A stretch of DNA of 64,000 nucleotides from a virus. The first letter of the stretch is position 1; every line of letters begins with the position of its first letter. Shown one piece after another: positions 18,387 to 27,862 of the stretch. Under the pieces are notes generated by a model that saw only the letters and a program-made list of their open reading frames with translations, ran no database searches and was not told the DNA's origin. Both the position numbers and the translations under genes were made by a program. Where the stretch lies: positions 753 to 64,752 of IMG/VR virus record IMGVR_UViG_3300020215_000052; one strand, given 5' to 3'.

Positions 18387-19766
18387 GTGGGAGCCGAGGT
18401 CATCCACATACAGGGCGGGGTCTCCGTCGCGCCCTCAGCGCCCTTCGACCTGGAGGCGGAGCGCGCTGTCCTCGGGGCAATTCTGGTTGAGGTCGAGGCC
18501 ATTTCAAGGGCCGCAGACGTCGTCCGGGACGTGGATTTCTACCTGGAGAAGCACCGGCGAATTTACGGCCGGATGCTGGCGATGTGGGAAGCTGCCCGGC
18601 CCGTGGACATCGTGACCCTGGCGGCGGACTTCCGCCAAGAGGGGGTGCTGGAGCAGATCGGCGGAATCGTCTACCTGTCGAGCCTCCTGGACGCGGCCCC
18701 GCTGACAGCCCACGTGGCCGAGTACGCTCGGATCGTCCGTGAGAGGTCTGAGGCCCGGCAGGCGATGGAGGCGGGACGAAACGCGGAGGAGCGCATCCAA
18801 TCGGGCGACCCTGTCCGTGAGGTGGTCGCGGCCCTCCAGTCCAGGCTCTTCGGGATCCAGGAGGGCGCCGACGGGGGTGCGGCCGTTCCGATTGGCAGCC
18901 TCATGCAGGGGGCCTACGGGGTGATCGAGCGCCAGTCAGAGAGCGTGGGGGGGGTTACCGGGATTCCGACGGGTCTGGCCGGCCTGGACAAGATGCTGTC
19001 CGGCCTCCAGAAGTCGGACCTCCTCATCCTGGCGGCCCGGCCCTCGATGGGCAAAACCGCGCTCGCCCTGAATATCGCCGTCCATGCTGCCCTTCGGGAG
19101 GGGGTCCCGTCCCTGTTCTTCTCCATGGAGATGAGCAAGGAACAGCTTGCCTTGCGGGTGCTCCTCTCTGAGGCCAGGGTGGACGGCAGGAAGGCTCAGG
19201 GGCCGGGGCTGTCGGAAGCCGACTGGGAGCGGCTCGCGCTTGCGGCCGACCGGCTCCGGGACGGGAAGCTCTTTATCGACGACACACCCGGGCCCAACGT
19301 GCTCGACCTGCGGGCCCGCTGCCAGCGTGTTCGCCGGGAGTACGGGCTTGGGTTGGTCGTCGCTGACTACCTCCAACTCATGACGGGGGTGGGAAAGGTT
19401 GGGTCCAGGGAGCAGGAGATCTCCCAGATCTCCCGCAGCCTCAAGGCCCTGGCCAAGGACATGAACATCCCCATCATCGCCCTGTCACAGCTCAACCGGA
19501 GCCTTGAGTCCCGGACCGACAAGCGGCCGCTGATATCAGACCTGCGGGAGTCCGGGGCCATCGAGCAGGACGCCGACATCGTCATGTTCATCTATCGCGA
19601 GGCGGTCTACAAGCGGCAGGACGGGTCAGAGGATCACCTCTCCGAGGCGGCTCGGCGCCACGCCGAGGTGATCGTCGCCAAGCAGCGGAACGGACCCATC
19701 GGAACCGTGGATCTCGTCTTTATTGGCGAGCACTTCCGCTTTGAGACTATGGCGACGTGGGGGTGA
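18387..19766 (+). CDS. dnaB: replicative DNA helicase
   Basis: LAARPSMGKTALAL, SMEMSKEQL, VVADYLQLM, LSQLNRSLESRTDKRPLISDLRESGAIEQDADIV. Confidence 0.97.
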   Translation: MGAEVIHIQGGVSVAPSAPFDLEAERAVLGAILVEVEAISRAADVVRDVDFYLEKHRRIYGRMLAMWEAARPVDIVTLAADFRQEGVLEQIGGIVYLSSLLDAAPLTAHVAEYARIVRERSEARQAMEAGRNAEERIQSGDPVREVVAALQSRLFGIQEGADGGAAVPIGSLMQGAYGVIERQSESVGGVTGIPTGLAGLDKMLSGLQKSDLLILAARPSMGKTALALNIAVHAALREGVPSLFFSMEMSKEQLALRVLLSEARVDGRKAQGPGLSEADWERLALAADRLRDGKLFIDDTPGPNVLDLRARCQRVRREYGLGLVVADYLQLMTGVGKVGSREQEISQISRSLKALAKDMNIPIIALSQLNRSLESRTDKRPLISDLRESGAIEQDADIVMFIYREAVYKRQDGSEDHLSEAARRHAEVIVAKQRNGPIGTVDLVFIGEHFRFETMATWG

Positions 19767-19784
19767 CTGCGGAAGGCGGCGTAC

Positions 19785-20315
19785 GTGGAGCGAGTGTGCA
19801 AACAAGTGGGAGCGGAGAAGTTAACTGTGGAAGCGAAGAAGGATAGGAAGCCCCGTAGTCCCGGGCTGAGCGCCAATGCGGGGGTCGCCCTGACCAACCG
19901 GCTCACGGCGGCCCTTCAGCAGGCGGATAGACCCCTGCAAGTGTCCGAACTGCTCGAAGCGGCCGGATACCAGCAGGGCCACAAGCCGGTGGGCCCGGCG
20001 AGGTTCCGCCTCCAGAAGTGGACCAGGATGGGACTGGTCACGGTCTCCGTAGAGCGGGTGCCAAGGCCCCGAATAGAGGTGGTCCAACCGCAGCCGCCTC
20101 ATCCCGCTCCACCCGGGTTCCACTGGAGCGTCTACGGCCGAAAGGCCGGGCGCTGGAGCCTGGTGAAGGACCGGGCGCGCAAGGCAGGGAACCCGCCGAG
20201 GCCTCCGAAGGGGAAGCCTGCGGCTCCACTGACCATGGTAAAGGTTGTCCGCTACCGGTGGGCGGGGGTCAAGCTCGCCGACCTGATGCGGCAGCCTCTG
20301 AGGAAGGCCCGATGA
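19785..20315 (+). CDS. hypothetical basic protein
   Basis: ORF coupled to next gene. Confidence 0.5.
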   Translation: MERVCKQVGAEKLTVEAKKDRKPRSPGLSANAGVALTNRLTAALQQADRPLQVSELLEAAGYQQGHKPVGPARFRLQKWTRMGLVTVSVERVPRPRIEVVQPQPPHPAPPGFHWSVYGRKAGRWSLVKDRARKAGNPPRPPKGKPAAPLTMVKVVRYRWAGVKLADLMRQPLRKAR

Positions 20316-20521
20316 AGCGCCGCCGCCTGGTCAAGGGCACCACTGACGGCTACCTCCAGGTGGGTGGTACCTGGCTGGTACGGAGCCGCCGCCTCACCGA
20401 GGGGCGGGATAAGGGCAAGCCGTGCTGGTGGGTTGAGGTTTGGCATGGGGAGTCCCCGACCGGGGAGACCCGCTACCCCGATCGCAACGCGGCTGAGGCC
20501 GCACTGAGGGCCCCGCTGTGA
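20312..20521 (+). CDS. hypothetical protein
   Basis: ATGA overlap with previous stop. Confidence 0.5.
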   Translation: MKRRRLVKGTTDGYLQVGGTWLVRSRRLTEGRDKGKPCWWVEVWHGESPTGETRYPDRNAAEAALRAPL

Positions 20522-20737
20522 GCGACCACGTGGAGCGGGCGTGCAGAAGGTGCTCGTCCCTCCTCCATCACGAGGAGGAGTGCCCTAGCAGGGTGGCTGT
20601 GGGGTCCGCTGTGCGCCCGGCCGTTCCCCTGCAGAGTACGCCGGACGGCCAGATCATATCTGGCCGCCAAAATGATTTTTGTAGCGCTTGATCTCGTTTG
20701 CACCATTAGTTCAGGTAGTTGAGCAATCGGACAGCGG

Positions 20738-21736
20738 ATGTCCGGACCTGGCTGGCCAGAAGCGGATGATGGGGAACCACACGCCTGTCTGGGGGTCACG
20801 GTGGCAATCAAAGAAGTTGAGCAGGAGGGCGCCCGTGCGGACGCACTGGGGCGACTCATCCCGGACGTGGAGGAGTATCTGAGGGTACACCGGCTCTCGT
20901 GGGCGGTCACGACGGCCCGGACCGCTGGGATCATCCTCCGGCGGGTGGCCCGTGATCTGGTACAGGCGGACCCCTCGCTGGAGGGGTGGAGCGGGGTGAC
21001 CACCGGTCACCTGGTCGAGTGGCTGGAGAGCAGGAAGCTGAGCCCCTCGACCACGCGGGCATACGTAGAGCGACTGCAACGCCTCTTCGCGTGGCTGATG
21101 GTGACGGGTCGGGTGGAGACCAACCCCGCAGCCGCCCTGGAGGGGCCCCGGATACCACAGTCGCTTCCGCGGGCCCTCTCAGCCGACGAGGTGAGGCGGC
21201 TCCTCAACGCCCCGGACACCTCGACGCCCAGAGGCATCCGGGACCGGGCCATCCTGGAGGTGGCGCTCTCGTCCGGGGTGCGGGTCTCGGAGCTCGTGGC
21301 GTTGAGCATTGGGGATGTGGATCTCTCCCAGGCCCCGGCCACCGTGCTCGTCCGCCACGGCAAGGGGGCCCAGGACAGGGTGACCTACCTGGACGCCGAG
21401 GCGGTCAGGTGGGTCCGAAGGTGGCTGGTCATCCGCGAGCGGGGGGATGCCCCTCCCCAGTCGGACGCCCTCCTTGGGGACGTTGCGACGGGCCGCCGGC
21501 TTACGGACAAGGCGGTCCAGGACCTTGTCCCAAGGTACGGGAGGATGGCCGGGATCGCGGGCAGGGTGACGCCCCACGACCTGCGGCACACCATGGCTAC
21601 CCGCCTCGTGCTGGTCGGGATGCCCCTCCCGGCCATCCAGGCGCTGCTGGGCCACCGCACCCTCGCGGCGACCCAAATATACGTGAAGCTTACGGCCCTC
21701 CAGGTGAGGGCGGAGTTCGGCAAGCACTCCAGATAG
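20738..21736 (+). CDS. tyrosine recombinase (XerC/D-like integrase family)
   Basis: RDRAILE...GVRVSEL, HGKG..DR, HDLRHTMAT, LLGHRTLAATQIY. Confidence 0.92.
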   Translation: MSGPGWPEADDGEPHACLGVTVAIKEVEQEGARADALGRLIPDVEEYLRVHRLSWAVTTARTAGIILRRVARDLVQADPSLEGWSGVTTGHLVEWLESRKLSPSTTRAYVERLQRLFAWLMVTGRVETNPAAALEGPRIPQSLPRALSADEVRRLLNAPDTSTPRGIRDRAILEVALSSGVRVSELVALSIGDVDLSQAPATVLVRHGKGAQDRVTYLDAEAVRWVRRWLVIRERGDAPPQSDALLGDVATGRRLTDKAVQDLVPRYGRMAGIAGRVTPHDLRHTMATRLVLVGMPLPAIQALLGHRTLAATQIYVKLTALQVRAEFGKHSR

Positions 21737-21748
21737 GGGGGCGCGGAC

Positions 21749-21928
21749 GTGGAAGAGCTGATGCGGAGCCTGGAGCGGCTCCTGGCGGAGACGCGGGCCG
21801 AGCGGGACCTCTGCCAGGACCCGGTCTCGGCCCACGACCTGAGCACGGCAGCGGACGTGCTCGCGAGGGCTCTTAAGCGGGTGGAGGAGATCGCGGGGGT
21901 TGGGCGGAAGCGGAGAGCGGGGCGGTGA
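21749..21928 (+). CDS. small helical hypothetical protein
   Basis: read by eye: VEELMRSLERLLAETRAERDLCQD... Confidence 0.45.
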   Translation: MEELMRSLERLLAETRAERDLCQDPVSAHDLSTAADVLARALKRVEEIAGVGRKRRAGR

Positions 21929-21944
21929 ACTCTTGGAGGGATAG

Positions 21945-23072
21945 ATGTGGCTGTACATCCCATCAACGTGCTTGAGGTCTGCTCCGGCTACGGAGGCCTC
22001 GGCCTCGCCCTTGACGTGGCATTGGGAGGCGCTCGCACGGTCTGCCACGTTGAGAGGGAAGCATTCGCTGCCGCGACGTTGGCAAGGCGCATGGCGGAAG
22101 GCACCTTGGATGAGGCACCTATCTGGTCTGACCTGCTCACCTTCGACGGCAGGCCGTGGCGTGGAGTCGTGGGTGGAATCGCTTCGGGCCTCCCCTGCCA
22201 GCCCTATTCCACGTCCGGGAAGCGATTGGGGCATGCCGACGAGCGAGCCATCTGGCCGCACTTCTGCCGGGTCGTTGAGGAAGTCCAGCCTCAGTTCATC
22301 TTCCTTGAGAACGTCCCAAGGTTCCTTGCCTTTTTCGAGCCGGTCGCGCTCCGACTGGAGTGGCTGGGTTACCGAGTCGAAACGCCTCTCGTCCTCGGTG
22401 CGGACGATGTTGGCGCGAGCCACAAGCGCAAGCGCGTCTTCATCCTGGCACACACCGGATGCAACGGGCGCAGCGGTCAACTGGCCGACGCCGACCGTCT
22501 GCGGCAACGACAATCGCAAGGGGGCAAGCACAACGAGCGGGGATGGACTCCAGACGGCGGTGAAGATCTGGCCGACCCCGTGCGCATCGGACGGCAAGCG
22601 GGGCGACCGCACGGAGCACTGCGCGCAGGACCCGAGAGCGGGCATGGACCTGATGACTGCTGCCATGAACTTCCAGAGACCGACTCCAGTGACAGGTGGC
22701 GACCGTGGACCGACGGAGACTTCCCCGGAGATGTGGGCGACGCCGACAGCCAGGGATGGGAAGGACGGCACAGCGGCCTTTGCCGAGGTGGACACGAATT
22801 CGCTTCTTGGGAGAGAGGCGCCCCGCTGGGCCTTTTCGCATGGGGACCTGGTGACCGACGGTGGGCGGATCCACCCGCCTCAGTCGATCCGCCTCAACCC
22901 GCGCTTCGCAGAGTGGCTGATGGGTCTGCCCCTTGGATGGACCGATGCCGAGCTGTCGGCAATGGAGTGGTGCCACTGGCAGCGGCTATTTCGTTCAGAA
23001 TACTCGCGGCTCGTGCGGGTCTTGTCGAACTCTGATCTGGTCAGCGCGGTACGACGGGAGGGCGCAGCATGA
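21945..23072 (+). CDS. overlapping alternative-frame polypeptide carrying WPTP repeats and C5-MTase motif IX (beta-like subunit)
   Basis: 375 codons open; RLNPRFAEWLMGLPLGWTD; stop overlaps the next gene's ATG. Confidence 0.65.
   Translation: MWLYIPSTCLRSAPATEASASPLTWHWEALARSATLRGKHSLPRRWQGAWRKAPWMRHLSGLTCSPSTAGRGVESWVESLRASPASPIPRPGSDWGMPTSEPSGRTSAGSLRKSSLSSSSLRTSQGSLPFSSRSRSDWSGWVTESKRLSSSVRTMLARATSASASSSWHTPDATGAAVNWPTPTVCGNDNRKGASTTSGDGLQTAVKIWPTPCASDGKRGDRTEHCAQDPRAGMDLMTAAMNFQRPTPVTGGDRGPTETSPEMWATPTARDGKDGTAAFAEVDTNSLLGREAPRWAFSHGDLVTDGGRIHPPQSIRLNPRFAEWLMGLPLGWTDAELSAMEWCHWQRLFRSEYSRLVRVLSNSDLVSAVRREGAA
21947..23035 (+). CDS. DNA (cytosine-5) methyltransferase, alpha frame (motifs I, IV, VI, VIII, X)
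   Basis: VCSGYGG (I), GLPCQPYS (IV), LENVP (VI), HKRKRVF (VIII), RCRAVGNGVVP (X). Confidence 0.9.
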   Translation: MAVHPINVLEVCSGYGGLGLALDVALGGARTVCHVEREAFAAATLARRMAEGTLDEAPIWSDLLTFDGRPWRGVVGGIASGLPCQPYSTSGKRLGHADERAIWPHFCRVVEEVQPQFIFLENVPRFLAFFEPVALRLEWLGYRVETPLVLGADDVGASHKRKRVFILAHTGCNGRSGQLADADRLRQRQSQGGKHNERGWTPDGGEDLADPVRIGRQAGRPHGALRAGPESGHGPDDCCHELPETDSSDRWRPWTDGDFPGDVGDADSQGWEGRHSGLCRGGHEFASWERGAPLGLFAWGPGDRRWADPPASVDPPQPALRRVADGSAPWMDRCRAVGNGVVPLAAAISFRILAARAGLVEL

Positions 23073-23650
23073 AACAGAAACCATGGTGGTGGAGGCGTCC
23101 CATGCTGCGTGACCTCCTGTTCCGTCTGAGCGACGGCCTGCCCTGCCGGGTCATCCACCAGGTCCAGGGCACGCCGTACCTGGAACGCTACCACGTGGCC
23201 AGCGCGGGCCAGGTCAACGTGTACCTGCACCGGTTCGTCGGCGACGACGCCCCAGGCGTGCTCCACGATCACCCCTGGCCGCTCGCCCTGAGCCTCATCC
23301 TCTGGGGCGCGTACCGGGAGGAGCGGCTGGAGCAGATCCACCATGCCGTCACCCGATGGAGGGTACTGGGGCCGGGGCGTCTCAACCTCATCCGAGGGAA
23401 CGACCATCACCGTGTCGAGTTGGTCTCCCCCGAGGTCTGGACGCTCTTTGTCACCCTCGGCAAGACCAAGGGGTGGGGGTTCCTGACCGGGTTCGGAGGG
23501 GCGACCATCCACACCCCGTGGAGGACCTTCCTGGGGGAGGGTGGGGCCGCCACGCATGATGGAGCAGAGCATGGGGAATGGCGGTGGTGGTTGCGAGCGC
23601 CCCTTGGCCGGGACGCAGATGGCAGGGTTGAAGGGGCGGTGGCCCCATGA
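23069..23650 (+). CDS. cupin-like phage protein
   Basis: YLHRF..DD..GVLHDHPW...HHRVEL...WTLF. Confidence 0.6.
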   Translation: MKQKPWWWRRPMLRDLLFRLSDGLPCRVIHQVQGTPYLERYHVASAGQVNVYLHRFVGDDAPGVLHDHPWPLALSLILWGAYREERLEQIHHAVTRWRVLGPGRLNLIRGNDHHRVELVSPEVWTLFVTLGKTKGWGFLTGFGGATIHTPWRTFLGEGGAATHDGAEHGEWRWWLRAPLGRDADGRVEGAVAP

Positions 23651-24429
23651 TGCCCTACGCCAACGGCATGCGTCATGCTGTCCCCGACGCCCTGCGGTCC
23701 CCGGGTGACGCCTACATCACAGAGGGGTGGGTCGTGGCCCACTGGCTACGTCAGACCCTCTATCAGCCGCCGCCCGAGCTGCTGGTCTGGGATCCTGCCG
23801 CGTGCGGGGTTGCAGGCTGGGCCATCGGGAGAGCGCTGGGCCTCGCCTGGGATCGCCCCTTCCGGCTCTCGGACATCCGGCCTCAGGGGCCCGGGGTGGA
23901 GGTGGAGTCCTTCCCCACGGACGGCTCGCCAGCTCCGCGCCCGGAGCACGATGGGCCGGTTCTCCTGGCCACGAACCCTCCGTTCTCCGACCTATCCGCA
24001 TGGATCGTGGCGTGGCGGAGGTCCGCCCGGCTGGGCGACGCGATGCTCCTCGTCAGCGACTCGGGGGCGCTCACGACGGCGGAACCCCGCGCCTATGGGA
24101 TGGCCGAGCGGGTCCAGCCCTGCAAGCGTATGGCGTTCGGCCTCACCTCTGACGACGCAGACCACCTCCGGAGGCTCGTGGCCTCTGGGGAGAGAGCTCC
24201 TCAGCCTATCTCTACGGGAAACCACAAGACCGGCCCAACCGGCGAGGGGATGCCCAGCACGGGCAAGGCACACTGCTTGGGTCTCTGGACCTGGCCGCCG
24301 TCGCACTGGAGCGGATCACGAGAGGTCTGCGAGCCGGTCATTCCGGCGGATCTCTGGATGGGCGACCTGTTGATGCAGCGGTGCGCCGAGGCCGTCGGGC
24401 TGGTAGCGGCGAAGCAGGAGGCGGCATGA
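23647..24429 (+). CDS. putative amino (N6-adenine) DNA methyltransferase-like protein
   Basis: VWDPAACG (motif I-like) and LATNPPF (motif IV). Confidence 0.55.
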   Translation: MMPYANGMRHAVPDALRSPGDAYITEGWVVAHWLRQTLYQPPPELLVWDPAACGVAGWAIGRALGLAWDRPFRLSDIRPQGPGVEVESFPTDGSPAPRPEHDGPVLLATNPPFSDLSAWIVAWRRSARLGDAMLLVSDSGALTTAEPRAYGMAERVQPCKRMAFGLTSDDADHLRRLVASGERAPQPISTGNHKTGPTGEGMPSTGKAHCLGLWTWPPSHWSGSREVCEPVIPADLWMGDLLMQRCAEAVGLVAAKQEAA

Positions 24430-24647
24430 TCGGCCGAGTCACCAGCCGCCAATATCGAGAGCGGATCCGCGCTCTCACGGAAGCGGCCGAGCACCTGGAG
24501 AGCAAGGCCTGGGACCAACCGCACCTGGAACCGGGCGAGTGGCTCATGGCCGCCAGGGCGATCCGGGGACTCCTGCCGCGGCTCTACCGAGCCGAGAGCC
24601 GAGCCAGAGCGCTTGAGGCGGCAGGCGATCGTGGGGTTCCCACATGA
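24426..24647 (+). CDS. hypothetical protein
   Basis: coupled starts/stops. Confidence 0.5.
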   Translation: MIGRVTSRQYRERIRALTEAAEHLESKAWDQPHLEPGEWLMAARAIRGLLPRLYRAESRARALEAAGDRGVPT

Positions 24648-25623
24648 GAGATCCCGCCTGGATCGAGCCCTTCGCCGGCTCCGCCGCGGTCGCCCTCCAC
24701 CTCCTGGGCGGGTCGCCCCCGATCGGGTACGCGGGGAACAAGCGGGCCGCGGCGCCGGCCATCGCGGCCCGGCTCTGGGGTGACCGGGGAGATCCTGGTC
24801 GCATCGTCCTCGCCGACGTCGGCCCCTGGGGCGTGGTCTGGCGGGTCGCCGCTGGGGGGGGCTGCCCCGGGTTCTCCGCTGCATGGAGGGCTGGCCCGCC
24901 ATGACTGACCGCGACCTCTGGCACATCCTCGCCGAGCAGGTTCCCGAGGACCCGATCGAGTTCACGGCGGCCTACCTGCTCGTCCAGGCCCGGCAGGCGC
25001 ATCACGCTCCGATATGGGTGCGAGGAAGCGCCGGCGGGCCACGCGGGCTGTGCGACCCCACCCACCGGGCCACGGAGACGTGGGCAAAGGACAGCGGGAC
25101 CCGGCCCCATCACAAGGCAGCTGGGTCGTCGTGGCAGCGGGAGAACACCAAGCCGAGCCACCACGCGGCGCCCCGGGCGAAGCAGTGGGGTGACGCCCTC
25201 TCTCGGGCCACCCTCCAGCAGCGTGTCGCCGACCTTTGTGCCCTCCCCTGGCAGCGGGTCGTGGTCGTGCCTGACGCCGACGCAGCGGTCTCCCTGGCCC
25301 GGCGCGGGGATGTGGTCTACCTGGACCCTCCCTACCTCCACGCCAAGGTGAGGTACGCGCGGAAGGGTCTCCCAACGGAGGACCTGGAGGCGCTGGCGAT
25401 GCGACCGGCCGAGAAGGGGGCCGTCGTCGGCATCTCCGAGGGATACCCGCTGCCCGGGCTGGTCCGGCTGGGATGGCTGGTGGAGGACATCACGCGGCAC
25501 TTCCGGGGCAGGAGGTCTCCCGGCGCGGAGTGGCTTACGAGATTCGACCCGTGCTGGTGGGACGGCAGGCAGGCGACGATCTGGTCGCTGGTGGGTCGCG
25601 AGGGATGGAGGGCAGCAGCATGA
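24644..25623 (+). pseudogene. Dam/D12-class adenine methyltransferase split by a frameshift at G8 (24854-24861)
   Basis: IEPFAGSAAV and YAGNKR in ORF1, VVYLDPPY in ORF2; G9 fuses the frames. Confidence 0.7.
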
Positions 25624-25868
25624 AGCGGACACCAACGACGACGCGGACGGTCTTCTTCACCATGGTGAGGCACCCCGTCAATGGCTGGATCCGGGTGGGA
25701 AACGCCTACGCCTCCCGCAAGGCCGCCTCAGGGTGGCTGTCGTTCGTGCGCGGCGCGTGGCGCGGATGTCAAGTGCGGGTCTCGCAGTGCACCCTCCAGT
25801 ACGTCGGGGGCGTGCTCACCGAGCGGTCGAGGGCGGTGCTGGACCAGAAGTACAACCTGGACTCCTGA
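25620..25868 (+). CDS. hypothetical protein
   Basis: ATGA coupling. Confidence 0.55.
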   Translation: MKRTPTTTRTVFFTMVRHPVNGWIRVGNAYASRKAASGWLSFVRGAWRGCQVRVSQCTLQYVGGVLTERSRAVLDQKYNLDS

Positions 25869-26045
25869 CGGGGCGGCGAAGGCAGCAGGAGGCGTGGTCG
25901 CACCCAGAGGAGTGGCGCTTCGCCTTACGCCGTGGGGCCATCACGCTGTGGCTGCCGAAGCCCTCAGCGTGAGGACGGTAGGGTGTCTCTGGAGGCTCAC
26001 AAGGGCGGGGCGGGAAGCCCTGCGAGCGCTGAAGGGGGGTGTGTG

Positions 26046-26951
26046 ATGCGCATGGGAGAGGCGAGACGTGATGTGGTGCCGAATGGCGAGGCGAAGCTCT
26101 TCCACGAGGTCCGACCTCGGCGGGGGTTCGGCGACCTCTTGCTTCCACCGCTCGTTCAGCGGGCCTGCTCCGAACTGGTGGAAGAACACAACCGAGTGGA
26201 CCTCCTGCGTGCCCATAACCTCGAGCCACGTAACCGCGTCCTCCTCGTCGGCCCACCGGGCAACGGAAAGACGTCGCTCGCAGAGGCGCTCGCACAAGAG
26301 CTTGGAAACCCGATGCTCGTGGTGCGGTACGAAAGCATCATCGGCAGTTATCTCGGTGAGACCGCTGTACGGCTCGCCAAGCTCTTTGCCCACGCCCGGA
26401 CCCAGCGCTGCGTGCTCTTCTTCGACGAGTTCGACGTCATCGGCAAGGAGCGCGGCGACATCCACGAGACCGGCGAAATCAAGCGGGTCGTCAACTCGCT
26501 GCTGCTGCAGGTCGATCAGCTTCCGTCACACGTCGTCGTCGTAACCGCGACCAACCACAGCGAACTCCTCGACCGTGCCGTGTGGCGCCGCTTTCAGCTC
26601 CGGCTGGACTTGCCAGCTCCGGGAAAGGTACAGCGCATTGCGTGGCTGGAGATGTTCGAGAAGCGAAGCAGGCTCCAACTCGGCTGCACCCACGACCACC
26701 TCGCGCGCCGATTGGCTGGCCTGAGCTTTGCGGAGCTCGAGCAGTTCGCCCAGGACGTCCAACGTCGCTGCGTGCTCACCATGCCAGGTGCGGACATTAG
26801 GAGCATCATCGGAGACCGGCTGAGGCAGTGGACGAGCCGCGCCGCACCTACACCTACCTCGCCCGGGGACGAAGATACTGATCCGCCGTTGCTGATCCAG
26901 CCGGAACCCGGCACGGGGCCTGGAGGCATAAAAGGGCCCCGGCCGCCGTGA
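26046..26951 (+). CDS. AAA+ ATPase (IetA-like type usually paired with an S8 peptidase)
   Basis: GPPGNGKTSLAEALA, YLGETA, LFFDEFD, HETGEIKRVVNSLL, ATNH..LLDRAVWRRF. Confidence 0.85.
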   Translation: MRMGEARRDVVPNGEAKLFHEVRPRRGFGDLLLPPLVQRACSELVEEHNRVDLLRAHNLEPRNRVLLVGPPGNGKTSLAEALAQELGNPMLVVRYESIIGSYLGETAVRLAKLFAHARTQRCVLFFDEFDVIGKERGDIHETGEIKRVVNSLLLQVDQLPSHVVVVTATNHSELLDRAVWRRFQLRLDLPAPGKVQRIAWLEMFEKRSRLQLGCTHDHLARRLAGLSFAELEQFAQDVQRRCVLTMPGADIRSIIGDRLRQWTSRAAPTPTSPGDEDTDPPLLIQPEPGTGPGGIKGPRPP

Positions 26952-27068
26952 GGATTGGCGACCAGGGCCAGGCCCGGGGAGGAGACGGCGCTGCACTCGC
27001 AGGAGGTGGGGTTCTCGGCAGGGCCGCGGGAAGACCCGGGGCATGGGAGGACATTAGCACGCCTCGAC

Positions 27069-27105
27069 TCGTCTGGCAACCGATCGTTAAATGATCGGCA
27101 GACGA
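27069..27105 (+). terminator. stem-loop (terminator or small structured RNA) between the ATPase and the late genes
   Basis: TCGTCTG..CCGATC-loop-GATCGG-CAGACGA; no clear U-tract. Confidence 0.45.
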
Positions 27106-27209
27106 CCGTAGAACATGAGGCGATTGTGCTTGACTCGGTGCATCCCATGCCGGTACCGTTAGGGCAGACTTAACGGCCATCTGGGGGAGGCCAATGCGAG
27201 GAGCCGGGC

Positions 27210-27458
27210 ATGGAGGCGGTGCTGGCGAGTCTGCTGCAGCAGGTGTTCAGCGTATACGGGCTGAGCACGGCGGCGTTGATGGTGCTCGCCTGGCGCTTCG
27301 TCGTCCGGCTCGAACGGCGGGAGGAGGAGGACAGGGAGGAGCGGCGCCTGCAGCGCCAACGTCTGGACCAGGAGGCGATGTCCCAGACGAAGCTCTTGGC
27401 GCGTGCTGTGGAGCTCCTGGAGGACATCGAGCGGGCACAGCCCCGGAGGCGGGCATGA
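27210..27458 (+). CDS. small membrane protein, holin-like
   Basis: one TM helix plus highly charged C-terminus. Confidence 0.45.
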   Translation: MEAVLASLLQQVFSVYGLSTAALMVLAWRFVVRLERREEEDREERRLQRQRLDQEAMSQTKLLARAVELLEDIERAQPRRRA

Positions 27459-27670
27459 GCGGCACCCGGGCGGCGGGGTGCCTGTTCGTGATCGCGGCGC
27501 TGCTCATGGCGCTGGCGTGGCTGCAGGCCGTGAGGCTGAGTCGCACTGAGGCGGCGCCGATGGCCGCTCCCGGGATTGGACGGGACAGCTCCGGCGAGCT
27601 TACCAGCGGCCTTGCAACCGAGCCCAGCACGGCCACCCGGTGGCTTACGCAGGCCAGGGGCGAGCCGTGA
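27455..27670 (+). CDS. small signal-anchored protein
   Basis: N-terminal hydrophobic helix. Confidence 0.45.
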   Translation: MSGTRAAGCLFVIAALLMALAWLQAVRLSRTEAAPMAAPGIGRDSSGELTSGLATEPSTATRWLTQARGEP

Positions 27671-27834
27671 GGCTTGCGCTCGTGGGCGCCCTCCTCCTCG
27701 GAGCGTGTACCCCCGAGGAACCGGAGGAGGTCTGCCCGTGCTACCTGGTCCGCTGCCGGCCGAAGTGCCCGACCGGGACCATGGCTGAGATCCCGGTGAG
27801 AGAGCCGACGGAAGGAGGGACGGGTGGACCGTAG
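27667..27834 (+). CDS. small putative lipoprotein
   Basis: lipobox LLGAC; Pro/Cys-rich. Confidence 0.45.
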   Translation: MRLALVGALLLGACTPEEPEEVCPCYLVRCRPKCPTGTMAEIPVREPTEGGTGGP

Positions 27835-27862
27835 GCGGACGGCACACTCGACGGAGGATCCC

